Assembly: GCA_010909165.1 (NCBI GenBank)
Contig: MU008161.1
Coordinates: 1,116,001-1,180,000, forward strand
DNA: 64,000 nt
Source: Anthoceros angustus
Lineage: Eukaryota; Plantae; Anthocerotophyta
Direction: 5' to 3'
A model generated the notes under the pieces. That model was not told the origin of the DNA. It searched no databases and saw nothing but the letters and a program-made list of their open reading frames with translations. Both the position numbers and the translations under genes were made by a program. Each line of letters starts with the position of its first letter. Positions within the stretch are counted from its first letter, which is position 1. Shown here in pieces: positions 26,290 to 38,961 of this stretch.

Positions 26290-27244
26290 TCAGGGACATT
26301 TTGATGTGCCCTTGGAATTTTTGAGGTTGGCGTAGCAGGGGCACACCTCCTTGTTGCCGTACGTCCCTGGAGGAACACATTGGCACTTGGAACAGCAGAT
26401 GTTGCAGTACTTAAGGCACCGGTCTTGCCTGGATGCTTCCGAACACCTGCGACCACACTCCTTGCCACAGTCTGCACAAGCGACGCACAAACAATACGTG
26501 ACTTTCTTGGACGTGAGAAAAATGTTACACTCTTTCACGCAAGAAACAGCAAAGAAAGAACGGGAGCATTCCATTGGTACGTGCTCCCGCTGTGACTCAG
26601 CGTTACTCACCGATGCTGAGAGTAGGTGCTACCGACGGGCCTCCCGCCGGAGTAGGTGCATCGAGTTCATCATCCGAAACTCTAATCTGCAAAGACGAGA
26701 GACAATCACGACAACACAAACACAACATGAAGTCGCAGAGACAAAAAAACAGACAGTTCACCCAAGGCGGACGCCTTGAATTAAAGTCCATGCAGTAAAG
26801 CCTTCGCTTACGAAACAAAAAACGCACAACTCTTCTGCAGGCGAAGCAACTAACAAACACTCGAGCTGCTCCACACCTCCCCCTCTAGAACGTGAACGAT
26901 TGCGTAAATGGCTGCAGTGTCGCAGCGAAAAATTTTGGTACACGATAGATCTCAAAAGAAGCAGTACCTGAAACTCCGCCTGCAGGTTCTGAACGCCAGC
27001 GCTCACAGTCTGCATGACAATGACACAAAACAGCGGCCTCCGACGTGAAAAAAAGCTTCACAACATGCGGCATTTCACTCAAATTGGAGCAGAATTCTCG
27101 CGCAGCAGCATACAAATGCAGCAATTACGCAAAGACAAGGCCGGCGGCGAGGAGAAAAAATTGTCACGCTACCACGCAGTGCGTCAAGACGAGAAAGGCG
27201 AGCAAGAGGAGCAGCGGGAGGCGGGAAGCTGCCGGCGGCGCCAT
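26290..27244 (-). CDS. GASA: GASA/Snakin cysteine-rich secreted peptide, 4 exons, 113 aa
   Basis: Exons 27244-27173 (signal peptide [24 protein letters not shown]), 26979-26968, 26686-26611 and 26471-26290 (342 nt). C-terminal 12-Cys domain [10 protein letters not shown]...[22 protein letters not shown]...KCP. Confidence 0.94.
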
Positions 27245-28136
27245 GCTTCCAAATTTTCACCACGGCGAGGCAGAAGGCCAAGAAAGCGGAGCAGCAGCAG
27301 GAGCAGGAGCGCAGGGATCGGGGGATGGCGGAACTGGAACGTGAAGGAGCGCGAGGAGTGCGCCGGGAAGTGGAGGCTATATCCGCGGCGGGCAAGGCAA
27401 GGGCGGAAGGGAGGTTGGCGCCGCCGTGGCCGCGGGCTGGCCAGGCTGGCAGCGCTGCCTGCTGCCTGCCTGCCTGTTCGGCCCCCAATGCCCGTCATCT
27501 CCTTGTTGCGATGTCCTACGCCGCCGTACTCACTTACCGTAATTAAACTTAACAGCCTCGCTCCTCGCTGCCCGTTGGGACCGCCCCTTATCCCCATCGC
27601 TGCTTTAGGCTTTACGTATTATCCAACACCCGGTCGTGCGTGCGTGCCTGCTGCGACCACTGTCTCTACTACAGCAGTAGCCCTGGCCTCGCACCTGCCC
27701 ATTTCGAATGCCCACGACGCCAGCCTATATTTTAAAACTCGCACCAGAGTATCTCCTACGTGGGATTTCTGCTTTTATTTGGATTTTATATGATTTTATT
27801 ATCTTTATTCTATGTGTATATTCTTTTTTAGGTTAAAGTATGTTAAAGCTTTACTAATGTTTATTGAGCTTCCTTTTATCTTGGATAAGATTCATACTTT
27901 ATTAGTTATCACATGTTGACATAAGATTTGAAGATGCTGTAGAGAAGGTTATTAATACCTTTCATGAGCTGTCCGGTATCCCATGGACATTGTGCTTTCC
28001 TTCATATTTTAGGGAGGCTTAAAATATGAGTGTACAGCTAGATAGCTAGCCGAGAACAACACTTGAATTCACATATGTATATGAGATATATTTAATTTGG
28101 AAACACTTTTTGATTTGATAACCCCTATCTCTTATT

Positions 28137-28165
28137 CCTAACCTAACCCTAACCCTAACCCTAAA
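28137..28165. repeat. Short interstitial telomere-like tract CCTAA-CCTAA-CCCTAA-CCCTAA-CCCTAAA
   Basis: Read directly from the sequence. Confidence 0.7.
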
Positions 28166-28298
28166 TGAGATGGCTTGATATATATATTTTTAGGTTTCCA
28201 AGCCTACTTAATATCCTCGTAATGTTAGGATGAATTCAGTTTTACGCTGCTTAGTAGCTGGTTAGAAGGATGGTACTTTGTGATAATAATGTTCTATG

Positions 28299-28686
28299 GG
28301 ACGTGAAAGTTTCATGTAGCATTCAACATTGGAATTGGACGTGAAAGTTTCAAGTTGCATTGAATATTAGAACCGGACGTGAAAGTTTCAGGTCGCATTG
28401 AACATTGGAACCGGACGTGAAAATTTCAGGTCACATTGAACATTAGAACCAGACGTGAAAGTTTCAAGTCGCATTGAACATTGGAACCGGACGTGAAAGT
28501 TTGAGGTCGCATTGAACATTGGAACCGGACGTGAAAGTTTGAGGTAGCATTGAACATTGGAACCGGACGTGAAAGTTTCAAATAGCATTGAACATTGGAA
28601 CCGGACGTGAAAGTTTTAGGTAGCATTGAAAAGTGGAATCGGACGTGAAAGAAGTTTTAGATAGCATTGAACATCGGAATCGGACG
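28299..28686. repeat. 38-bp minisatellite (GGACGTGAAAGTTTCAAGTCGCATTGAACATTGGAACC), about 10 copies
   Basis: Head-to-tail units with no unique spacers. Confidence 0.94.
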
Positions 28687-30614
28687 CCTCCCGTTTGAAT
28701 TCATAGTGATAGTAATGACGAGTAGAAAGAGAATCACGACCATAGGTGCATAGATTGATGAGGGATCATAATCCCAACTACCTGACTCTGACAACCAACG
28801 GTCAGATGGTCGGGAACTTCAATGGCCACAAGAACCGTTACAGTTATACGACACTTTGGCGATGCAGCGGGGTGCGGTAGAAGATCTTCACATACAATCT
28901 TAAAGTCGTTATGACATAGCATAGTACCAAGAATGTGATCGATTTGAAACGCCGGCCGCAGACAAGGTCACTGGCTCGTACAACTGCGGACAATCATAAA
29001 GCTTTGTACAGGGGACGTTAGGGATCTGACCAAGATGGATGTGACTGTGTTAAAGCGGATGTACGGGGAGATTGAGATGGGCGTTGCTAGTATCTCACTT
29101 CGCATCGGAGCCTGTAACCGGATTGAGATGGGCAGCATGTAACTGTACTGGATTGAGATGGGCAGCCTTTAACTGGATCGAGATGGGTGTTGCATGTATG
29201 ACATCGCTCCACACCCAATAAGTGACTCTGATTGAAGTGAACGATATATTCTGAGGTCTCCTTTTGGGACAACCGCGACCAACAACCGTGTACTAGAAGT
29301 TTGCACATACCGAAGTTGCACGTATTCTTTTCTGAAAGGTAACTGCAATATGAGATCTTAGCACCGCAAGGCCTAGAGTACTAGAAGTCATGGTAGCTTG
29401 GAGGCTCTTTGTGTTGCACCTTGTGATGAAGGTGTGTGCGATGGTAGTAGTAGGAAGGATAGTGGGGAGGGAAGCAAAAGTTGGAGAGCGATTGTAGAGT
29501 GTGCGGAAGGACTGTCCAAAAGGAGGGTGGCGAGTTGGCAGAAGGCAGAGGGTCCGACAGGGTTCGGGACAGCGACGAGAGGGGGCGAGTGCCCAGTGCA
29601 GCGCAGTGCAGGGCAGCCGAGCGAGCTGCGATGCAAGCGAGGGAAGGAAAGGAAAGGAAGGAGGGAGGGAGGGAGGAAGGCAAGCAGGGGGGAAAAAAAG
29701 AGAGAGAGGAGAGAGGAGGAGGTCGGGCTAGGCTGGGCCGGGCTGGGCTGGGCCAGGCAGCCAGGGAGCGGGCAGCGGCAGCGCCCACCCTGCCTCCCTC
29801 CTTTCTCTCGGCTTCCTCTCGCCGTCTCCCGTGTTGCCTTCGCTGCCTGCCTGCCCCGGCCTCCCCCGCTCTGCCCTCCCTGCCTGCCCGCGCGCTGCTC
29901 TTGCACGCTCGCTGGGTTGGGTGGAGGCGAGGCTCTTGCTTGCTCGCTTTGAGGCAAGGAAGGCAAGCCAAGGCAGGCAGCTAGCTCTTTCATCAGGACT
30001 GCACTGCCCTGAACTGCTCCCCACTGCCCCCGTCCCCGGGCTCTGCTCTGCGCTGCCCAGCACTGCGCCAGTCCGGTCCGGACTAGTGTGCAGCAGCAGC
30101 GTGGCGTGGCGTGGCGTGGCCTATCCTGCCCGCTGCAGCTGCAGCTGCGAGCAGGACTCCCAGTCCGGGCGCTGGGCGACGTTGACAGATTGCTACCCCC
30201 GCTCCTGCTCCTCAGTCCTGCTCCTGCTCCTGCTCCTCCTGTCGGGCTGGCCCGGGGTCCGGTCCGGGCGCACTCCCCTCTCCTCTGCCTCCTCACTCTC
30301 TCTCCACTCCCGAGCTCTTGATCTCCCCGCGCCCCGGATGCATGGAGCAAGAGGAACCTTTCTTCTTCTCCTCCTCCTCCCTCCCGCCCCCCGCTCTGCT
30401 GCTGCCTGCCCCTAGGCGGACCACCAACATGCTCCGCCCTCTCTGACGCCTGCCCGCCCTCTCCTTCCCTTGCCTTCCCTTCCCTTCCCTTCCCCTCACA
30501 TTGCCAGAGCTTCCTTGTTCCTTGCGCCCTCCTTTCTTGCGCGGCATTGGGGAGCGCCCAATTGGCTTTCGCAGCCCAGGAAGCAGGGGGAGCGAATTCT
30601 GACCATCGCCCACC

Positions 30615-32559
30615 ATGGGCAGCAACAGCATGAGCAATGCGGGGAGCACCAGATTCCCCTCCCACCAGCTCAGCAACGGGCTCTACGTGTCGGGCCACCC
30701 CGACCAGTACAAGGAGAAGGCCACGCTCTCCACCTCGGGGGCAATGCCGTATACAGGAGGGGACATCAAGAAATCCGGGGAGCTCGGGAAGATGTTCGAC
30801 ATCCCCGTGGACAACCCTAGCGTGAAGAGGAAATCGGGCCCGATTGCGGGCGCTGTGGGCGCGCACTCGGGGCCGATGCCGGGCCCCAGGTCCGCCTTCT
30901 CCACCTCCGGGCCGCTCTCCTCGGCAGCGGGCATCGCCCGCCAGAATTCCGTGGGCTCCAAGTCCGGCACTCTCTCGCACTCGGGGCTGCAGGTGCAGGG
31001 GCAGGGGCAGCAGGGGGCGGTGGGGTCCAAGTCCGGGCCGCTGGCGGGAGCTCCTCCGGCGCCCGCCCGGCCCAAGAGCGGGCCCATGGTGAAGGGCCCG
31101 GATCCTGGGAAGCAGTCCGGCCCGCCGCTCAAGACCTCCGGCCCGCTGAATCCCCCGGCGCTGCAGCCCACCGGGCTCATCACCTCCGGCCCGCTCTCCA
31201 GCTCCGGCCTCATTCACAAGAGCTCCGGCCCGCTCTCGGGCTCCGCCCCGGCGCCCAAGCGGGCGTCCGGGCCGCTCGACTCCTCAGCCTCCTCCAAGAT
31301 TCTCATCACCAGCGGCCACGCCATCAACAATCTGGGCTACGAGAGGGACCACACTTTCAGGAGGAATTTCCCCAAGATCATCGTCTTCACCGTCGTCGTG
31401 CTCTTCATCTTGGGTTTCGGGGTGGGGGCGTACTTCGTGGCCATCGTGCACAGCCCCATTCTGCTGGCTGTGGTGGGCAGTCTGTTTCTGCTGGTGGCGC
31501 TGCTGTGGACGTGGAATTCCTGCTGGGGCGAGGCTGCTGTCACCAGGTACCTGCTCAAGTACCCCGATGCCGAGCTGGGCAAGGCTCTGGATGGCCACTA
31601 CGTCAAGGTGACTGGGGTAAGTCTTCTGCTTCTGTCTGCTCTTGTTCCTACGATGACACACAATGCAGCTGCTTGCCATGCCTCCATCTCAAACCGGGTG
31701 CTGTTACCGTTGCTTCCTCCTCCCTGTTCGTGCAGGTGGTCACGTGTGGGAGTGTGCCTCTGGAGTCAGGCTACCAGAAAGTGAACAGATGTATATACAC
31801 ATCCACAGGGCTCTACGAGTACAAGCGCTTCAGGTCCAAACCTGCCAACGACAAGCACAGGCTTTTCACTTGGGGATTAAGGCACCTGGAGGTAGGTGCA
31901 CCAACCGAGCTCACAGGTTTCTTGCCTCAATGTCTCCAAGCCGGAGGAGGAAGGAAACCCTGCACTCGTTGCCTGACTTCTAACTTTCTCTACAATGTTG
32001 TGTATGTGCAGAGGCATGTCGTGGATTTCTACATATCTGACTTCCAGTCTGGACTGAGGGCTTTGGTGAAGGCGGGGTATGGAGCCAGAGTCACTCCCTA
32101 TGTCCAGGAGAGCACTATCATCGATGTTTCCCCACAAAGTAAAGAACTGCCTACCGACTTCGTGCGCTGGCTTGGGGAAAGAAACCTCTCAAGCGACGAT
32201 CGAATCATGCAGCTGAGAGAAGGGTATTGTCTGCTATGCTCTTCTCCAAACCCTTCTCCTTCCCTGTTTGTGAAACAAACTCGCCTTTTTTTGCCCCTGC
32301 CTGTTTCACATCGGGGGAGGGAACCAATGTTGTACTCTGTCCCTGAAGCTCTCTGCTTGCCTGCAGGTACATCAAGGAAGGCAGCACGGTGACAGTCTTG
32401 GGTGTGGTTCAGCGTCAGGACAATGTGCTCATGATAGTTCCTCCTCCAGAGTCCGTTCCCACCGGCTGCCAAATCGGAATGTGTCTCCTCCCAGCCAACG
32501 TGGAGGGCATCATTCTGAGTTGCGATGAGGTGTCCAAGGTGGATGGCATACCCTTATGA
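30615..32559 (+). CDS. SHOU4L: SHOU4/SHOU4L-like (At1g78880/At1g16860 family) plasma-membrane protein, 4 exons, 520 aa
   Basis: Exons 30615-31616, 31736-31891, 32012-32223 and 32367-32559 (1563 nt). N-terminal FPSHQLSNGLYVSG.P...MPYTGGDIKKSGELGKMFDI, many SGP repeats, two TM helices, GHYVKVTGVVTCGSVPLES, VVDFYISDFQSGLRALVKAGYG and EGYIKEGSTVTV. Confidence 0.9.
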
Positions 32560-33708
32560 ACGGGACCAGGACCTGCATCTGTAACTTTGCCCCGGGACTG
32601 CTGTCATGGAAGAAAGCTATAGCAGGTTCTCCATTCATATCCTGGCCTTGGGTGGAGAAAGGTCGGCCAAAAGGCTTGCCTCTGCTGCCGTCAACGACAG
32701 GAGGAAGGGGGGACTCAGGGCCATCAACTGAACTAGGTGCTATTCCAATAAAAGACTCCTTTTAACTTACAGACTTGGACTCGTAGAGTATCCTTTCGGT
32801 TGACGATGGTGGGTGACCAATAAGGATGGAGGTGAGGCAGTAAAAGTGGCTAGCTAGCAATCATGGGGATGTCGGTGTTCTGTCATGTGAATAGAAGCGA
32901 AGAAACGATGACTAGTGTGCCCCTAGCCTAGGTATTCTCAGACTTCTCTCCTTGGCTTTCCTATGACTTTTCTGGCTGTTGCTGGATTGTACTAAGTGCA
33001 CAATCGGTGGCTGTCGCATGACTTGGTGGTAATGCATTAAGAAGCCAGGGATTCAAATTTTTCCTTGTTGTGTTCCCTGTTTTTTCTGTCCCAAGCACCT
33101 GCTGGTGTAGCTTAGTTAGGGCTACAGCCACCTAGCTTTCTTTGTGTATGGCTACGAAGAGAGGGTCGTTGTCCCGCCCTCAGCGCTAGGCCTAGCCAAC
33201 GGTTGGAACTTGTACCTGGTTACCTACACTGATTAGACATACCCTTCACCTAACATCATTTCTATCTAATTATCTACTCATTATACAACCTAATAATACC
33301 TATTAGTAATTTTAAATCTAGATATAAGACCTTTACTGATTGTAGTGGTTTTAAGATTTACTTGTAGCAAAACTGGTTATAAGATATATCTCTCATTATA
33401 TCTGTCTGCCCAAATTTTATAAGAATATTTAAATTTCAAAAATAATTAGGATCTTTCTTATTATAAAAATCCTTTGCACATCAAAGTGCATCTTTAGGTT
33501 GCACATCTATGGGTTCTATATTGTATGTATTTTACATGAGGATAAAAAATTCTTATGGTTAGAGGTGAAAACAAAATTCTAATTTCTATGATGGAACATG
33601 AATTCTCAAGATCTAAGGTGCAAGGATGGTTGTCTTATTCAAAGTTGTTTCCACACCCCTTGTGCTTCTCGAATCTCCACCACGTATAGCTCTTAGAGAG
33701 CTTCCTAT

Positions 33709-34110
33709 GTTTAGCTTCTGTGGCGTTTTCGTTGTGCTACTTGTGTTTAGCTTCTATGGCGTTTTCGTTATGCTACTTGTGCTTAGCTTCTGTGGCGTTT
33801 TCGTTGTGCTACTTGTGCTTAGCTTCTGTGGCGTTTTCGTTGTGCTACTTGTGTTTAGCTTCCACAAGGCTTCCTTTGTGCTATGTGTTTTTAGCTTCTA
33901 CGCGGCTTTAGCTTCCAGGAAGCTTCCTTTGACTGTGTGTGTTTAGGTTTTGTTGGGTTTCCTTTGTGCTACCTGTATTTAGATTATGAGGGGTTTCCTT
34001 ACGCTGCGTGTGTTTAGCTTTGCAGGACTTCTTTTGTGCTACGACAAGTTTCCACAATTTAGCATATATATATCTTGTGTTTAGCTTTGCGGGACTTCCT
34101 TTATGCTACC
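33709..34110. repeat. 36-bp tandem repeat (GTTTAGCTTCTGTGGCGTTTTCGTTGTGCTACTTGT), 4 near-perfect copies followed by decaying copies
   Basis: Read directly; explains the 106-aa FSFCGVFVVLLV-repeat ORF. Confidence 0.88.
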
Positions 34111-34293
34111 ACAAATTTCCATAGCAGATTTCTACATTTAAGGATATATATACACCCCGTAGTACACATATATTTACACACCGTCTAGTCATATTGAAAC
34201 GTATCATCTCACATTCAAAAGAAATGGAAGGAAAACATAGAAAGTGTACCAAAAACCATGTTGGTACACTTTCTTTTGAGAAAAACGAGATGA

Positions 34294-36440
34294 TTTATTG
34301 AGGTGAAAGAACGATGGAAAGAGACCATCTAGGAAGGGACAACAAATGGGGACCCGGGGGTCGGAGTGAAGAGGAGCAACTAAGCTCCCTACCTAAAGTG
34401 ACCAAGCGCACCCACAATGTCATATGCGGTAGAATAAGCGGCACGCAAACCACGGAGGAAGAGGAAAAGGCATCACCCACCGTCGCCACCTTATGGAGAA
34501 TCGCCGTTGAGGCGCCGTTGAAGAGCAATAGAAACCGCGGAAGTATGCCGTGAAGTACGAGAGGACAAGACTATGCCTCACAAGATGGTAAGCTTTGGCA
34601 CAAGACTTGATGAATTTGTCAAAGTCCTCGACCATTGCCCCATACGCTTTAGAGCAAGCGGGATAAAGAGGTGGCCGCTTGCATCACCGCTATACTTGGG
34701 AGAGTCAGACGGCAGCATGAGGGGTTGGTGATGACTGGCGGAGGTGGCGTCACGTGCGGTCGTAACCACTACATCCGCCACCACAACTGGTGCCACGGAC
34801 AAGGTATAAGTCCATACGATTGAGCGACACAGAAGAGTATACTCCGCTCCCTCCAGCCATATAGCCACTTTCGCGAGCAATGGCAAACATGGCGTCACGG
34901 ATGGCGTCGTGGTGGCAATCGATGACCCGTGGGGACAACGAGCAAGGTGGACACGAGGCGTCAAGGCGAGCCGCACTCACAAGTGAGGAGGCGAAGAAGC
35001 CACAGTCGGAGTAGGCCGAGACGGAATCGCATCGCGATGGTGAAGGTGGTTGGTGCGATGTGAAATCCCGTATGCATGGGGGCCAAGAGCCAAGCACCGC
35101 CCTTCCTGTAACAAGAGCGAGCCGCTCTAGTGGACACAGAGATGGAGGGGTCCCGAGGAGTGATCAAAAGCCCGGCCGAGCTCGCGTAGATGCCTCGCAA
35201 TCCCTAAAGCCATCGATGATAAATGTAGAAAGGAGGAAGTCCTTGAGCATCTGCGATAACATGTCTACGGCGCCTCAAGGGCGATTGGAGAGAAGGTTCC
35301 TCCTCCACACTTGATCGAGATCCTCGAGAAAGGGCTTGTCATGGAGGATGAAGCAGGAAGCCAAGGCAGGCAGAGGGCCCAACTCCCAAGAAAGCCGGGA
35401 AGAGACCTCGATGAGGCGATCCTCGCCTCCAAATTGCAGGCGGGGATGCTTGCTGGGCTGGCCAGTCGCCTGTGGCACTCAAAAGCCCCAGGCCCAAGAT
35501 GTCCCAAGAGTATCCATAATCTTAGTATCAAACCCGGGCCGGGACAAAAGGACCGAGACTGAGGCACAGACGGATGAGGTACCAGGCGCCTAGCAAAAAT
35601 GAAGGAAAGGATTCCAAAGGCCACCCGAGCATCCTCCAAAGAAAAGGGAGGTCTTCAATATGGGAGAGGTCCTGCAAGGGCCTTGTCCAGAAGCTCCCAA
35701 TGAAGTCGGGAACCAAAGGGACCCCAAGAATCCATGAGACCAAGAGCCGGAGCAATCTCCCAGCAGAAACCGCAGAGTAGGTGATCCCGACGGAGACCGA
35801 CGCTGCACTTGGACATCTTGACCTTCAAGCCCTGTAGCTCGGAGAGAATATCTCAAAGGCCTCCTTGACTTTGTCCCTGTGCCCGAGGATGTGAGAATGC
35901 CCCGCCAACGAAGGGAAGACACAAGGCTGGAGAGGGCGGCCCCAGATGTGGCCCTATAGTGAGCAATAGCGAAGAGAGCACCGCCTAGCGGGTCGCCTTG
36001 CTCGGTGGGCCGATTCCAAGACGAGACGGCGAAACTCAAGAGACGTTCAGCCGGTAGTAGAGGTTGGAGGACCTCCGTAGAAGCACCGGACAAAGGGTAT
36101 AAGACTCTAGACGCCAAGATCCCTAAGCTCCTCAAAGATGACGCCCGAAATGGTATTGAAGGCGTTCTCGACATCCACCGTAAGACTACCCAATCCGGGT
36201 GGGTATCAAGGCAAGCTTTCACCCCTAGCACCAGACTCCCCGGAGTGCAATGCCAAATTGAAGGGGTTGAAGTCTTGGAGAAGGGAGCACTTAGAGAGCG
36301 ATACCGAGTAGCCGCATGAAGGCCTCCCAATCGCGAGTGGGCGACGCCGAGCGGGCTTGTCCATAGCGAAAGCCTACTAGCTGCAAGAACAGCTGAAATC
36401 CGGTGAGGCATCTCTCCACGAGCCACCGCAGCAGCCAGAG
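34294..36440 (-). mobile_element. CRE-like (RLE-type) non-LTR retrotransposon, 5'-truncated, RT to 3' end, degenerate
   Basis: VARGEMPHRIS..LAASRL, PLQFGIA, LDTHPDWVVL.VDVENAFNTI and EQGDPLGGALFAIAH (RT); HLARCPHG..THD zinc knuckle; LFIPLA. The 3' end CAATAAA matches the copy at 19010-20523. Confidence 0.85.
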
Positions 36441-37104
36441 AAAAGAGCTCTTTCTTTTGTAGAACTCAAGTATTCCATGTTCAAAAAATAAAACTTAGAT
36501 GGATATGTAATATAGAAAATAAATACCGTCTATGAATATCACATCGAATTAACCCCTTTAATGGGTATCGACCCGTGGACGATAATGTTGCTTAAAAAGG
36601 GTGGTATGTTCAAATGTATCTCAAATTCAAAAGAAATAGAAGGAAAAAATACATACAAAAATTTCTAAACAAAATGTTAACACAGCTTAGAGCTTTCTTT
36701 TGAACTTTAACACCACCATGACTATCACCTTCAATTAATTTTCTTTGTGGGTATTAAATCTAGACCACAGCCCGTTAAAAGTGATATCAAATCATGATCT
36801 ATTCAGAAGAAAAGGAAAACAAAAATATAAACAAGAACACTGACAAAAAGTTATAAAATCTACCTAGTTATAAGGTTTACTATTGAATTAAGATGGCTTT
36901 GAAGCCATGGAGTTACCATTCAATTATCATGGCTTTGCAACCATTGATTTTATTATTAAATTAAAATAATTTTATACTTATCCACTAAAAATAATATATA
37001 CATCTTATCAATTCAATGTTGGAAACTGAACTCAACTCAAACATACTTCTTTATATCAACTATGGCTCAAATCAATTACACTTCTTCTCAAATATGACTT
37101 TTGG

Positions 37105-37194
37105 TACGACGTTGATACATCGCCGACAAATGAAAGACGACATGAATGATACGACGTTGATACATCGCCGAGAAATGAAAGACGACATGAATGA
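37105..37194. repeat. 45-bp tandem duplication
   Basis: TACGACGTTGATACATCGCCGA(C/G)AAATGAAAGACGACATGAATGA, two copies. Confidence 0.85.
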
Positions 37195-37618
37195 TGCCTC
37201 ACATCAAACTAAAAGGAGCAGCGGCGGTGACATCTGAAAGCTACGGGAAAACTTTTAGGTACGCACCTAGAGTTCTCGATTAGCAAGGAACAGACCCATA
37301 GTCTTGGGATGCTTGGCAAAGAAGAGACCAAGATACTGGCAAGTTACAGCTGGTGTGGATATCAAAACCATCGAAAACCCTTAAGCTCTCATATCTGAGC
37401 CTCGCATATCCCGCCGAAGAAGCCAACCATGCCCAGCATACACCTGAACCCATTACAATGCTCAGTTGTCTGTGTTCACCCACTCGTTATATCATGTACT
37501 CCCCCCTGAACTTAATATTTACAAGTACCGATTGCAGAGGCCAGCCCAACGCCTACAAATGCCTAACCTTCGGCACGTTGCAAGCCAGGGAGAAGCCTTT
37601 ACAGGTCACCAAATTCGA

Positions 37619-38360
37619 TCACGAGTTGGGCAAGGACTGTATGAAGGCATTGTAAGATGATTCCAGGTCAAAGAGCAACTGGCGGGATTGTTGCTCATTC
37701 AGCTCATCCGAAGCCCCCATCTTGTTCAGGCTGGAAATCCAATCCCTCCCTTTCACCTTCCCGAGAAAGTCCGGAGGTAACTGAGGAACACGGTTGAGAG
37801 CTGCCAGCAGCTCCGACAGCAACGGATGCACCTGATCTACGGCCACCATATTGAGCTTCAGGGAATCCATGGCCGTAATGAAGTGCTGCACACACTCAGC
37901 AACAGCCACAGCCGTCCCAGAGTCAGAAGACGATCCCTTGTGCTCAACCGTGGCAGGTATTCCAGAAACAAGAAGGCGATTTGCTGCTAAAGGGCAATCC
38001 ATCTTATACCTAACCACAGCAACAATCGAAACAAGCAGTGTCAGCAAATTAGCAGGCCCGATCCGCTACTCACACATAAACCCTACAAAGGCAAACCACA
38101 ATCCACCACATCTCCTCTCACGCTGCCATAAAGCGCTCCACATCAGGCACGGTGTCCCTCAAAGTCGTCTTCAGAGTTCTGAATTGCGCGATGAGCTTGG
38201 TGCATGCCGGCTCGTACTCCTTTGCGCTGATCACATCCCTCACATACGCCTTCTCCAGCTTCTCCGTGGTCTTGATGATAGCGAACAGATCCGCGAAGTT
38301 GTCATACATCTCTCTCTCCCGCTTATCCGCCCACAGCCTCACCTCATGCTGCCCCGCCAT
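37619..38360 (-). CDS. VPS28: ESCRT-I subunit VPS28, 2 exons, 209 aa
   Basis: Exons 38360-38122 and 38009-37619 (630 nt). EVRLW.DKREREMYDNFADLFAII...EKLEKAYVRD, YKMDCP.A..RL..SG.PATVEH, FITAMDSLKLNMVAVDQVHPLL and RQLLFDLESSYNAF. Confidence 0.97.
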
Positions 38361-38961
38361 CGTTCCTCCGCCAACAAAATCGCGGAATTCCTGCAAGTCT
38401 CCCAGCAAATGCTCCGCACAACAATCGACTCAAATAATGACGCGTCTTGCACGCGTCTCGATGCCAACCCCGAAAATCGCCGGAAATTGATACGCGAGCG
38501 ATATTCAGATTTCTAGGGCAGATATCGAACAGTAATAAACAGAGCCGTTGGAAGTCATGGGAAAGATGATATTCAGCCTTGTCTTTTGCCAGCGTGCCAT
38601 TTCTTTCAGCCTTGCTAGAGGTCGGCCTCCCCGGCTCCGCCCCTCCTCCTCCTTTCCCTCCATTTTTGGCATCCTCGCTTTGTGTGCGGCTCCCTTCTAG
38701 TTCCAGGCTCCTTCTTGCCCAATTCGAGCATCGCCGTTGCCGTGTCTCCTGCCCCTTTGCATGCTGTGTGATCGCGGGCTGTTGTCTGTGCCGATTTTGG
38801 AGCGGCCGCTGCATTTCATCTCGGTGTGTGGATTTTGCTGGAGGGAAGAGATGGAGGAAAGCAGATCAGCTGGTGATGGCCGAGCTTAAGGAGCCGGAAA
38901 TTTGAGAGGCCTGCTTGACTTCTGCAATCTCGAGAAGCGTCTCTTTCAGAGTTTTTCCAGG

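Noticed and set aside
28299-28686. CRISPR-like regular 38-bp periodicity
   Set aside because: Units are head-to-tail with no unique spacers, there are no cas genes, and the context is eukaryotic.
29388-31217. 609-aa minus-strand ORF
   Set aside because: Antisense to the SHOU4-like first exon and GC-rich leader; the G/R/A-rich composition is typical of shadow frames.
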